Assembly: GCA_038137215.1 (NCBI GenBank)
Contig: JAYQBG010000009.1
Coordinates: 20,291 to 84,290 of the forward strand
Origin: Alphaproteobacteria bacterium
GTDB lineage: Bacteria > Pseudomonadota > Alphaproteobacteria > UBA6615
Reading direction: 5' to 3'
Length of the DNA: 64,000 bases
The notes beneath the pieces are model-generated. The model had not been told where the DNA came from, ran no database searches, and saw only the letters and a list, made by a program, of their open reading frames with translations. The translations under genes and the position numbers were made by a program. Positions within the stretch are counted from its first letter, which is position 1; each line of letters opens with the position of its first letter. Positions 40,328-49,355 of this stretch are shown here, one piece after another.

Positions 40328-42118
40328 ATGCATCCGTACCGATCCCATACCTGCGGCGAACTGCGCGAAGATCACGCCGGTGAGACCGTCCGCCTCTCGG
40401 GCTGGGTCCACCGCAAACGCGACCACGGCAATCTGCTGTTTGTCGACTTGCGCGACCCCTTCGGCATCACCCAGTGCGTGATCGACACCTCCAGTCCCAT
40501 TTTTGAGACGGTGGAGACCGCCCGGGTGGAATCGGTGCTCACGCTGTCCGGGCCGGTGGTCGCCCGCTCGGACGAGACCATCAACGATGCGATCCCCACC
40601 GGCCGGGTGGAGGTGCAGATCGCCGAGGTGAAGGTCGAGTCCCCCGCCGATGTATTGCCCCTGCAGGTCAATTCCGACGAGGATTCCGGCGAGGATATCC
40701 GTCTGCGCTACCGCTATCTGGATCTGCGCCGTGAAAAAGTCGCGCGCAACATCGCGCTGCGTTCGGACGTGATTTCCTCGATCCGCCGCCGCATGATCGA
40801 GGGCGGCTTCAAGGAGTTCCAGACCCCGATCCTCACAGCATCCTCCCCAGAAGGCGCGCGGGACTATCTGGTGCCCTCCCGCCTGCATCCGGGCAAGTTC
40901 TACGCGCTGCCCCAGGCCCCCCAGCAGTTCAAGCAGCTGCTCATGGTCGCGGGCTTCGACAAGTATTTCCAGATCGCGCCGTGCTTCCGTGACGAAGACG
41001 CCCGCGCCGACCGCTCGCCGGGTGAGTTCTACCAGCTCGATTTCGAGATGGCCTTCGCCACCCAGGACGATGTCTTCAACGCCATCGAGCCGGTGATTGC
41101 CGGGGTGTTCGAGGAGTTCGCAGGCTTCAACCGCGAGACCCCCTGGCCGGTGACCGCCACGCCGTTCCCGCGCATTCCCTATGCGGAGTCCATGCTGAAA
41201 TACGGCAACGACAAGCCCGATCTGCGCAACCCGATCCTGATCGCCGATGTGGCGGATGTCTTCGCCGGGTCCGACTTCAAGATTTTCGCCGGGCTGATCG
41301 AGAAGGGCGGCACCGTGCGCGCCATTCCCGCACCGGGCGGAGCCGCCCAGCCGCGCAGCTGGTTCGACAAGCTCAACGACTGGGCCCGCGAAGAGGGCGC
41401 GCCGGGGCTGGGCTACGTCATTCTCGAGGACGGCGAGGGCAAGGGCCCGATTGCCAAGTTCATCACCAGGGAGCGTCTCGAGGCGCTGAAAGCCGCAACC
41501 GGCGCCCAGGATGGTGACGCTGTGTTCTTCTCCGCCGGAGATGCCCATGGCGCGGCCGATCTCGCCGGCAAAGCACGGACGCGGATCGGCGAGGATCTCG
41601 ATCTGATCGCCCAGGACCGTTACGACTTCTGCTGGATCGTCGACTACCCGATGTTCGAGGCCGACAAGGACACCGGCAAGATCGAGTTCTCCCACAACCC
41701 GTTCTCCATGCCCCAGGGCGAGATGGAGGCCCTGGAGACGATGGACCCGTTGGATATCCTCGCCTACCAGTACGACATCGTCTGCAACGGCATCGAGCTG
41801 TCCTCGGGTGCGATCCGGAACCACCGCCCGGACATCATGCTGAAGGCCTTCGAGATCGCGGGCTATGACCGCGAGGTGGTGGAGACCGAGTTCGCGGGTA
41901 TGTTCAACGCCTTCCGCTTCGGCGCCCCGCCCCATGGCGGTTCGGCCCCGGGCATCGACCGCATCGTAATGCTGCTCGCCGACGAGCCGAACATCCGCGA
42001 GGTCATCGCCTTCCCGATGAACCAGCGCGCCGAAGACCTGATGATGAATGCCCCCGCCGAAGTTCCCGACGAGCGCCTGCGGGAGCTACATCTGCGCAAG
42101 GTGCTGCCGAAGGCTTGA
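40328..42118 (+). CDS. aspS: aspartyl-tRNA synthetase
   Basis: 596 aa; class II motifs [26 protein letters not shown]. Confidence 0.95.
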   Translation: MHPYRSHTCGELREDHAGETVRLSGWVHRKRDHGNLLFVDLRDPFGITQCVIDTSSPIFETVETARVESVLTLSGPVVARSDETINDAIPTGRVEVQIAEVKVESPADVLPLQVNSDEDSGEDIRLRYRYLDLRREKVARNIALRSDVISSIRRRMIEGGFKEFQTPILTASSPEGARDYLVPSRLHPGKFYALPQAPQQFKQLLMVAGFDKYFQIAPCFRDEDARADRSPGEFYQLDFEMAFATQDDVFNAIEPVIAGVFEEFAGFNRETPWPVTATPFPRIPYAESMLKYGNDKPDLRNPILIADVADVFAGSDFKIFAGLIEKGGTVRAIPAPGGAAQPRSWFDKLNDWAREEGAPGLGYVILEDGEGKGPIAKFITRERLEALKAATGAQDGDAVFFSAGDAHGAADLAGKARTRIGEDLDLIAQDRYDFCWIVDYPMFEADKDTGKIEFSHNPFSMPQGEMEALETMDPLDILAYQYDIVCNGIELSSGAIRNHRPDIMLKAFEIAGYDREVVETEFAGMFNAFRFGAPPHGGSAPGIDRIVMLLADEPNIREVIAFPMNQRAEDLMMNAPAEVPDERLRELHLRKVLPKA

Positions 42119-42128
42119 TTTGTCTGCG

Positions 42129-42410
42129 ATGTGCTCTGTCAGTGAATTTCTAGAATTGTTGAGTGGGGCATTGGTCCCGATACTCGCGATCTTCGGTATC
42201 TATTATGCGAGAATGCAGGCAAAGACAGCCAAGGATAAAGTTCGGCTTGATAATTTCGAACGCCGCTATGCTGTCTTCGAAGCGTTTCGAATATTCGTCA
42301 AGGATTCGTTGCGGCATGCCAAGATTGCCGAACAGAAGTTTCATGAATTCTCGATTTCCACAGCTGACGTAGACTTCCTGTTTGGCAAGGAGGTGTCGAA
42401 CTATGTCTAA
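42129..42410 (+). CDS. 93-aa hypothetical single-TM protein in a low-GC (about 46%) islet; rare codons (AGA, ATA, TTA)
   Basis: MCSVSEFLELLSGALVPILAIFGIYYARMQAK.. ; GC counted by hand; begins 11 nt after the aspS stop. Confidence 0.5.
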   Translation: MCSVSEFLELLSGALVPILAIFGIYYARMQAKTAKDKVRLDNFERRYAVFEAFRIFVKDSLRHAKIAEQKFHEFSISTADVDFLFGKEVSNYV

Positions 42411-42537
42411 GAATTTCGGGCTAGAGCGATAAAAATGCTCGTCGCCCAGGGAAATCTATCGGGTGAGCCAACTGGAGAATATCGGCAAAAGCTGACCCAA
42501 ACCCAAGCTCGCTCATCTCGGCCTGTTCACCCGGGGC

Positions 42538-43041
42538 ATGGCGCCGATGCTCGATTTCTACACCGGGCTCATGGGGCTGACGATCACCGATGAGGGAGCC
42601 TATGGCCATCCGCCCGCGCGTACCGTGTTCATGTCCAACGACCCCTTCGAGCACCATCAGTTCGTGCTGGTCCAGCCGGGCGATCCGGACGCAGAGCAGG
42701 ACAAGATGGTCGCCCAGCAGATTTCCTTCGTGGTGGATTCGCTGGAAGACCTGCAGGCGCTCTATGGGCGGATGACCGGGGCCGGGCAGACGGTGGACCG
42801 GGTCATCACCCATGGCAATGCCTGGTCGTTCTACTTTCACGACATCGACGGCAACCGGATCGAGTGCTACTGCCATACCCCCTGGCACGTGCCGCAGCCT
42901 CACGCCCATCCCATCGATCTGAGCCTGCCCGCCGACGAGGTGCGCCGGATCACCGAGGCGCACTGCCGCGCGACGGACGGCTTCATGATGGCCGAGGACT
43001 GGCGGGCGAAAATTCCGGCGAAGATGGCGGCCAACGCCTAG
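42538..43041 (+). CDS. VOC (glyoxalase/bleomycin-resistance/dioxygenase) family protein, start uncertain
   Basis: ..LDFYTGLMGLTITDEG..HQFVLVQ..; the in-frame upstream KLAHLGLFTRG (beta1-like with His) has no canonical start. Confidence 0.55.
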   Translation: MAPMLDFYTGLMGLTITDEGAYGHPPARTVFMSNDPFEHHQFVLVQPGDPDAEQDKMVAQQISFVVDSLEDLQALYGRMTGAGQTVDRVITHGNAWSFYFHDIDGNRIECYCHTPWHVPQPHAHPIDLSLPADEVRRITEAHCRATDGFMMAEDWRAKIPAKMAANA

Positions 43042-43106
43042 TTCCGGGAACGCCGGACCGTTAGACTGAGGCTTCTTGTTTCTGGCTCCAGCACACGGTT
43101 TGTCCC

Positions 43107-43916
43107 ATGAAAATTGACCTGAACGGCATCTCCTTCCGCTACGAAATCGACGGTCCCTCGGATGGTGGCGCGGATGCGCCCTGGATCGTGTTTTCCAACT
43201 CACTGACCACCGATGTCACCATGTGGGACCACGAGGTCGCGCAGCTGAAGGATCGTTTTCGCATCCTGCGCTACGACACCCGCGGCCACGGTCAGTCCGG
43301 GGCCTCTCCCGGGCCGTACAGTTTCGCGATGCTGGCCGATGACACGGTTGCGCTCATGGATCATGTAGGCGTCGATAAAGCCCATTTTGTCGGCCTGTCG
43401 CTGGGTGGCATGACCGGGCTCTACATGGCGATCCACCATGCCGACCGGCTGCTGAGCCTGGCCTCCTGCGATGCGCGGGCCTGGTCGCCGCCCGACTATA
43501 TTGAGGCCTGGGTCGGCCGCATGGCGATCGCCCGCGAGAAGGGGATGGAGGCGCTGGTCGAGCCCACGATAGAACGCTGGTTCACCGCGCCGTTCCGCGC
43601 CGATCCGGCGAGCGCGCCGGTGCTGGATCGGGTGCGCCAGATGATCCGCGAGACGGCGGTGGACGGCTACACCGGCTGCGCCGAAGCCCTGCGCGCCCAT
43701 GACGAGCGCGCGGGGCTGGCGGGTATTTCGGTGCCGTGCCTGTTCATGACCGGCAGCGAGGACACCTCGACCCCGCCGGAATGCGCGCAGGAGATGGCTG
43801 CGGCGGTGCCGGGTGCGGAATGCGTGATCGTCACCCCGGCCTCGCATATTTCCAACATGGAAAACCCGGACGTGTTCGACGCCGCGCTGTTCGCCCACCT
43901 CGAACGGGCGGGTTGA
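43107..43916 (+). CDS. alpha/beta hydrolase (3-oxoadipate enol-lactonase-like)
   Basis: 269 aa; nucleophile elbow GLSLGG, HG oxyanion motif YDTRGHGQS. Confidence 0.7.
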   Translation: MKIDLNGISFRYEIDGPSDGGADAPWIVFSNSLTTDVTMWDHEVAQLKDRFRILRYDTRGHGQSGASPGPYSFAMLADDTVALMDHVGVDKAHFVGLSLGGMTGLYMAIHHADRLLSLASCDARAWSPPDYIEAWVGRMAIAREKGMEALVEPTIERWFTAPFRADPASAPVLDRVRQMIRETAVDGYTGCAEALRAHDERAGLAGISVPCLFMTGSEDTSTPPECAQEMAAAVPGAECVIVTPASHISNMENPDVFDAALFAHLERAG

Positions 43917-44134
43917 AGCGGGCTGGCTAGCGGTCCTTGCGGCCGATGGAGGCACGCAAACTGGCAACATAGGTTTCAATAAGTAGATCGACCAGCTCTG
44001 GGAACTGGTGCAGTGGCCGGGCTGCGGAAACGACGTTCGCGGCGTCTGATGCACGAGTAGAGTCTTCCCTGTGGCCATCCCGGTATGGCTGGCCTATATC
44101 AGGCGCAGACAACAAGACATCAGGGGAGCATGTC

Positions 44135-45118
44135 ATGCGCGCAGCATTCTATGACCGACTGGGACCGGCCAACGAGGTTCTGACCGTGGGCGAACAGCCG
44201 ACAACCGAACCGGGACCCGGCGAGGTGCGCGTAAAGCTGGAAACCTCGGGTGTGAACCCCTCGGACTGGAAGGCGCGTCTTCGTGGGCGCGGCGGCAGCA
44301 TTCCGTTTCCGCTGATCATTCCCCACAGCGATGGCGCGGGCGTGATCGACGCCGTAGGCGATGGCGTTGATGACAGCCGCGTCGGCAAGCGTGTCTGGCT
44401 GATGAACGGCCAGTGGATGCGACCCTTCGGGACCGCGGCGGAATATATCTGCACCGGATCCAAATACGTGATCGACCTGCCCGACGGGGTCGATATGGCC
44501 GAAGCGGCGTGTTTCGGGATTCCGTTCCTGACCGCCCATCGTGCGGTGATGTTCGATGGCCCGGTGGACGGCCAGACGATCCTGGTCCAGGGCGGCGCAG
44601 GGGCCGTGGGACATCACGCGATCCAGGTGGCCAAGGCCAACGGCGCGCGGGTGATCACCACGGTCAGCTCCGAGGAGAAGGCCGAATATGTGCGCGAGGC
44701 CGGGGCCGACGAGGTTGTGAACTATCGCACCGAAGATGTGCCCGAGCGCATTCTAGCGCTGACTGACGGCCAGGGCGCCGACCGGATCGTCGAGCTGAAC
44801 ATCTCCGCCAACGCGCCCATGTACGGGCAGGTTCTCGCCCCCCGCGGTACCGTGATCGTCTATGGCACCAATGACTTCATGGCGAGCGTTCCCGCCCAGG
44901 ACTTTATCGTCAAATGGGCCTCGCTGAAATGGTTCATCGTTTACACAATCGATGACGCCCAGCGTGACGAAGGCGTGGCGGCGCTGAACAAGATGCTGGC
45001 CGAGGGCACGCTGAAGACCACCATCGCCAAGCGCTTTCCCCTTGATGAGGTCGTGGCCGCCCACGAGATGGTCGAAGCGGCCAAACACATGGGCAATGTG
45101 GTGCTTGATATCGGCTAG
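44135..45118 (+). CDS. NADPH:quinone oxidoreductase / MDR superfamily, paralog 2
   Basis: MRAAFYDRLGPANEVL..VRVKLETSGVNPSDWKAR..VQGGAGAVGHHAIQVA; alignable along its length with 7537..8520. Confidence 0.75.
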   Translation: MRAAFYDRLGPANEVLTVGEQPTTEPGPGEVRVKLETSGVNPSDWKARLRGRGGSIPFPLIIPHSDGAGVIDAVGDGVDDSRVGKRVWLMNGQWMRPFGTAAEYICTGSKYVIDLPDGVDMAEAACFGIPFLTAHRAVMFDGPVDGQTILVQGGAGAVGHHAIQVAKANGARVITTVSSEEKAEYVREAGADEVVNYRTEDVPERILALTDGQGADRIVELNISANAPMYGQVLAPRGTVIVYGTNDFMASVPAQDFIVKWASLKWFIVYTIDDAQRDEGVAALNKMLAEGTLKTTIAKRFPLDEVVAAHEMVEAAKHMGNVVLDIG

Positions 45119-45194
45119 ATCCGGGTTGCCGGTCACCGGCCCGGGTCCCATATGAGGCGCTGACCGCAGACCCCCATCGAGGCAAGAGTTCGGT

Positions 45195-46031
45195 ATGTCT
45201 GAAATCGCAGACCGTCGCGCAAGACTGTGCGTCTTCGTCGAAAGCCCGCGCTTTCGCTATCCCATTCTGGTGCTGATTTTCGTCAACGCGATCACGCTGG
45301 GACTCGAAACCTCGGATGCGGTCATGGCGGTGATGGGCGGGTTTCTGACGACCCTCGACAAGGCGATTCTGGCGGTTTTCGTGATCGAACTGGTGGTGCG
45401 CATCTATGCCCATGGCTGGCGGTTTTTCCGCGATCCCTGGGGATTGTTCGACTTCATCATCGTCGTGATTGCCCTGTTGCCGGCCAGCGGCCAGTTCTCC
45501 GTCTTGCGCGCGCTGCGCGTCCTGCGTGCCCTGCGCCTGGTCTCCGGGGTGCCGCGCCTGCGCCGGGTCGTCGAGGCGCTGCTGCGATCCCTACCGGGGA
45601 TCGGGGCGGTCGCCGCGCTGTTGCTGCTGATCTTCTATGTCTTTGCGGTGATGGGCACCAAGCTATACGCCGGCACCTTTCCGGAATGGTTCGGCACGAT
45701 TGGTGAATCGATGTTCTCGTTGTTCCAGATTATGACTTTGGAAAGCTGGTCCACGGGAATTGTCCGCCCGTTGATGGAGGTGCATTCCTTTGCCTGGGCG
45801 TTCTTCGTGCCGTTCATCATCATCTCCACCTTTGCGGTGCTGAACATGTTCATCGCCATCATCTTGGATTCCAAGCAGGCACTTCACGAGGAGGAAGATG
45901 CCCACGCGGCCGCCGAGGCCCAGGCGGCGGGGCTCGAGGGCCCCCATACGGCGGCGGGGGAGATCGCGGCGCTGCGCTCCGAACTTCGGGAGCTGCGCGA
46001 AATGCTCGAACGGCGCGCCGCTCAGGACTGA
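45195..46031 (+). CDS. bacterial voltage-gated sodium channel (NaChBac/BacNav family), single 6-TM domain with C-terminal coiled coil
   Basis: S4 RALRVLRALRLVSGVPRLRRVV; selectivity filter FQIMTLESWSTGIVRPLMEV essentially identical to NaChBac TLESWSM; FPEWFGT pore helix. Confidence 0.8.
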   Translation: MSEIADRRARLCVFVESPRFRYPILVLIFVNAITLGLETSDAVMAVMGGFLTTLDKAILAVFVIELVVRIYAHGWRFFRDPWGLFDFIIVVIALLPASGQFSVLRALRVLRALRLVSGVPRLRRVVEALLRSLPGIGAVAALLLLIFYVFAVMGTKLYAGTFPEWFGTIGESMFSLFQIMTLESWSTGIVRPLMEVHSFAWAFFVPFIIISTFAVLNMFIAIILDSKQALHEEEDAHAAAEAQAAGLEGPHTAAGEIAALRSELRELREMLERRAAQD

Positions 46032-46347
46032 CGGAACCGCTGTTTCGGCAGGATTCGGATGCCGGGACACCTCACATTTCGGATTCACGCCGGAGATTCC
46101 GTCCTTCGGAGGTGTCTTCCTAAGCCTCTGAAAATACGCAAGAAACAGGCACAGCCTGACTCACTGGAGAAACCGGACAAGCCTCTGAAAAAATTGGGTA
46201 AATCGGTTTTTACAATCGTCCCGGAATGAGTCGAAAATCTCAATAACTCAATGAATATAACATTTTAGGTGCTTATCTTCATTTTTTGCTTCCCAAATCG
46301 AGTCGCCTCCGTCCATTGTCGAAAAATGGCGAGAGGGAGATCCTGGC

Positions 46348-47127
46348 ATGCGCAAAACCTTGGCGATGATTGGCTTACCTATTTTGTTGGGGGGCTGCAG
46401 TCTTCCCCCGGCGTTGACCGCGGCCTCCTGGGCCCTGGATGGCGTCAGCTATCTGGTCTCTGGCAAGAGCGTCACCGATCATGCGATTTCCGAGGTCGCG
46501 CAACAGGACTGCGCGCTGTTCCGCATCGTCCAGGACCGTGAGATCTGCGAGGATTACGAGATCGACGGCAATGTTGACGGCACCATTCTGTCGGCATCGG
46601 CGGTGACCGAGATTAACGAGCCGGACGCTCTGGCCGTGCCGGTCGATCTGGCGAGTTTCACGGTCGCGTTCGGTCCGGGTACGGTCGAGGCCGAGACCGT
46701 GGCGTTTGCGGACCCGCCGATGGCTCACGAGATGCAACCGGTTTTGGCGGCGCAGCCGCACTTTGGAAAGGCGATGCCGCGCCCCCGCCCGCTTCAGATG
46801 GCCGCTGCAAGCTCGTCCCCCGACGAGCAGATGCGCGAGGACCTGCATCGGACCCTTTCGGTGATTGGCAGCTTCCAGCAGATTGGTAATGCCCGGGGCC
46901 TGGCGACGCGTGAGGCGGGTCTGAACGCGCAGGTGCGTACCGTGCTGGCCGATGGCAAGACCTGGCACCGTGTGATTGTGGATGCGCCACTGGCAAAGGT
47001 CCGCGCATCGGGGTTTGAAGATGCCTGGGTTCTGAGAACCTGCCATCCTGCCGATGAATCCGTCCTGTGTGGTGGTGCGCCCGTGCATGCCGCGTTCGAT
47101 CATCTGCAGGTGGCCAGCGCGAATTGA
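46348..47127 (+). CDS. lipoprotein with C-terminal SPOR (peptidoglycan-binding) domain
   Basis: Lipobox LLGGCS; C-term ..SVIGSFQQIGNARGLATREAGLNAQVRTVLADGKTWHRVIVDAPL resembles a SPOR repeat. Confidence 0.5.
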   Translation: MRKTLAMIGLPILLGGCSLPPALTAASWALDGVSYLVSGKSVTDHAISEVAQQDCALFRIVQDREICEDYEIDGNVDGTILSASAVTEINEPDALAVPVDLASFTVAFGPGTVEAETVAFADPPMAHEMQPVLAAQPHFGKAMPRPRPLQMAAASSSPDEQMREDLHRTLSVIGSFQQIGNARGLATREAGLNAQVRTVLADGKTWHRVIVDAPLAKVRASGFEDAWVLRTCHPADESVLCGGAPVHAAFDHLQVASAN

Positions 47128-47165
47128 CGCATTGCCATGAAGTTGCCCGTATCTTCGGGTACAAC

Positions 47166-48014
47166 ATGAGTATGACAAACCAGTTCAGACTTTCTGCCTG
47201 TATCGTGGGGCTGACGCTCTCGCTGACCGCCCTTGTCGTTTCGATGCCGGCGCAGGCCAGCGTCACCCATGCCTCTCATCGCGCGTTCTATGAAATCGAG
47301 ATCGGACGGGTCGATCCCGGCTCCAGCATTGTCGATGCCCGCGGCCGCATGGTCGCGGAATGGCGCGAAGCCTGTGACGGCTGGACCACGAATCAGCGGC
47401 TTGTGGTCAGCATGGCGCCGGGTGAGGGGGAGCCGATCGAATCCGAGGTCACGATGACCAGTTTCGAAAGTCTCGACGGCACGTCCTACAACTTCGATTC
47501 CGAAACAAAGATCGCCGGAGAGACGGTCGAACGCGTCCGCGGCAAGGCCGAACGTCCGGCCCGGGGGCAGGCGGGGAATGCCGTCTATACGGTTCCCGCC
47601 GGCACGCGTCTTGATCTGCCGGCGAACACCTTATTCCCCTTCGAACACACGATCGCGGTGCTCGAAGCCGCCGAGCGCGGTGACCGGCGGTCCTTCAGCT
47701 ACTATTTCGATGGCTCGCAGCCCGATATCTCCCCCATGGCTGCGAATTCCCTGATCCTGGGCAAGCCGCGTCCGCCTTCGGATGGTTCGCAGAACACCTT
47801 TGGAGAACTCACCGACCACAAGTGGTGGTCCATAAGGCTGGCCATGTTCGATGGCCGCAAGCCCGGTTCGGGAAGCGAAGAGCCGGAGTTCGAGATGACC
47901 CAGCTTCTTCAGGACAATGGTGTGGTCCGGAAGTTCGCGTTCGACTATGGCGATTTTTCGCTTGTCGCCGCGCTCGTCAATATCGAGGCCATCGACCGTC
48001 CGTCCTGCGGCTGA
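47166..48014 (+). CDS. periplasmic DUF1849/EipB-like protein
   Basis: Signal peptide ..SMPAQA; two Cys (WREACDGW and C-terminal RPSCG) consistent with the conserved EipB disulfide; about 282 aa. Confidence 0.45.
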   Translation: MSMTNQFRLSACIVGLTLSLTALVVSMPAQASVTHASHRAFYEIEIGRVDPGSSIVDARGRMVAEWREACDGWTTNQRLVVSMAPGEGEPIESEVTMTSFESLDGTSYNFDSETKIAGETVERVRGKAERPARGQAGNAVYTVPAGTRLDLPANTLFPFEHTIAVLEAAERGDRRSFSYYFDGSQPDISPMAANSLILGKPRPPSDGSQNTFGELTDHKWWSIRLAMFDGRKPGSGSEEPEFEMTQLLQDNGVVRKFAFDYGDFSLVAALVNIEAIDRPSCG

Positions 48015-48050
48015 GCCGGCTTGGACCGATTGCAAACCCGGTAGCGGGTG

Positions 48051-49355
48051 TTACGAGGTACCCGGTCCGAGGCCGCGTCCCTTGGTGATTGCGTCCTTGC
48101 CGAGCTTTCCCCGGACCTCATCCATCACCTGTTCGACCCGCTTGCGGTGGGCCGCGTCGGGATCCGCCAGATCGGGTGGGTCGGCTTCGCGCGGATCGGA
48201 GAAATTCGAAAGGCCGACACCGATAAGCCGGAAGGCGCTCCCGCGTGGCGCGGCTTCCACGGCACGCAGCAAGAGTGTTTCGGCATTGCGGTAGAGGGTT
48301 TCGGCCAGCTGAGTGGGGTCGGGAAGCGCCTGTGAGCGGGTCAGTGTCTGAAACTTTGCCGTCTTGAGTTTGAGGGTCACGGTACGGCCTGCCAGTTCGC
48401 GGGTTTTGAGCCGACCCGAGAGTTTTTCACAGAGGGGCCAGAGCCGTCGCAGAAGTTCCATCGGGTCCGAGATATCCTCGGAAAAGGTCGTTTCGTTGGA
48501 GACGTTTTTCGGCAGGGAATGGGGTGTGACGGTCCGGGAGTCTTCCCCGCGGCTGAACCGCGCCAGGCGCAGCCCCATAGCCCCGTAGCGGGCCACGAGA
48601 CGGGTCTCGTCAACCCCTCGCAATTGCCCGATCGTGTGTAATCCGTCTGCGGTCAGTTTGCGGTGCAATGCCTTGCCGACCCCCCAGATGCGGGTGACCG
48701 GCTGACTGTCGAGAAAATCCAGTGCCTCGGCCCTGCCGATGATGGCAAACCCGCGGGGCTTGTCGAGATCGGAGGCCAGTTTGGCGAGGAACTTGTTGTA
48801 GCTCAGCCCGATGGACACCGTGACTCCGATCTCGCGCTCGACCCGGTTGGCCAGCCGGATCAGAGCCGTGGCCGGGCTGGCGCGATGCAGCCGGGCAGTA
48901 CCCGTCAGGTCGAGAAAGGCCTCGTCAACCGACAGGGGCTCGACCAGTGGGGAGACCTCCCGCATCATCTCGCGGATTTCACGTCCGACCCGAACATATT
49001 TGTCCATGTCGGGGCGGATCACCGTGGCCTCGGGACAGAGTTTGAGGGCCTTGAACATCGGCATCGCGGAGTGAACCCCCTTGATGCGCGCGATGTAGCA
49101 GGCCGCTGACACCACGCCGCGCTGGCCGCCGCCGACGATGACGGGTTTGTCGCGTAGGGTGGGGTCGTCACGCTTCTCCACGCTGGCATAAAAGGCGTCG
49201 CAGTCGAGATGGGCGATGACGAGACTCTGCAATTCGTTATGAAATAGAGTGCGGGGCGATCCGCAGGCTTCACAACGATTTGCATCTGGACTGAGTCCGG
49301 CACTGCAGTTGCGGCACAGGCCGCCGGATGCGGTCCCGTCTTGCGGCCCGCTCAT
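48051..49355 (-). CDS. dinB: DNA polymerase IV (Y-family) with about 45-aa N-terminal C4 zinc-ribbon extension
   Basis: ..IAHLDCDAFYASVEKRD.., SIGLSYNKFLAKLASD; N-term CRNCSAGLSPDANRCEACG; 4-nt overlap with nagK. Confidence 0.8.
   Translation of the reverse strand: MSGPQDGTASGGLCRNCSAGLSPDANRCEACGSPRTLFHNELQSLVIAHLDCDAFYASVEKRDDPTLRDKPVIVGGGQRGVVSAACYIARIKGVHSAMPMFKALKLCPEATVIRPDMDKYVRVGREIREMMREVSPLVEPLSVDEAFLDLTGTARLHRASPATALIRLANRVEREIGVTVSIGLSYNKFLAKLASDLDKPRGFAIIGRAEALDFLDSQPVTRIWGVGKALHRKLTADGLHTIGQLRGVDETRLVARYGAMGLRLARFSRGEDSRTVTPHSLPKNVSNETTFSEDISDPMELLRRLWPLCEKLSGRLKTRELAGRTVTLKLKTAKFQTLTRSQALPDPTQLAETLYRNAETLLLRAVEAAPRGSAFRLIGVGLSNFSDPREADPPDLADPDAAHRKRVEQVMDEVRGKLGKDAITKGRGLGPGTS

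Noticed and set aside
40142-41935. 597-aa minus-strand ORF antisense to aspS. Similar long antisense ORFs occur at 42421..43203, 15346..16137, 24861..25961, 37006..38223, 6288..7388, 566..1018 and 44..475.
   Set aside because: High-GC genomes generate long stop-free antisense frames. The translations are low-complexity R/P/G-rich. Each lies opposite a well-supported conserved gene.
42435-42593. 52-codon ATG ORF (MLVAQGNLSGEPTGEYRQKL..) between the orphan gene and the VOC gene
   Set aside because: It overlaps the VOC start in another frame. It has no SD. Its composition is typical of an out-of-frame read through GC-rich DNA.
43927-44136. 69-aa minus-strand ORF whose C-terminus (PELVDLLIETYVASLRASIG) faintly resembles the end of a TetR-family regulator. 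Possible gene remnant.
   Set aside because: Too short. It overlaps the start of the quinone oxidoreductase. The similarity is weak and cannot be tested without a profile search.
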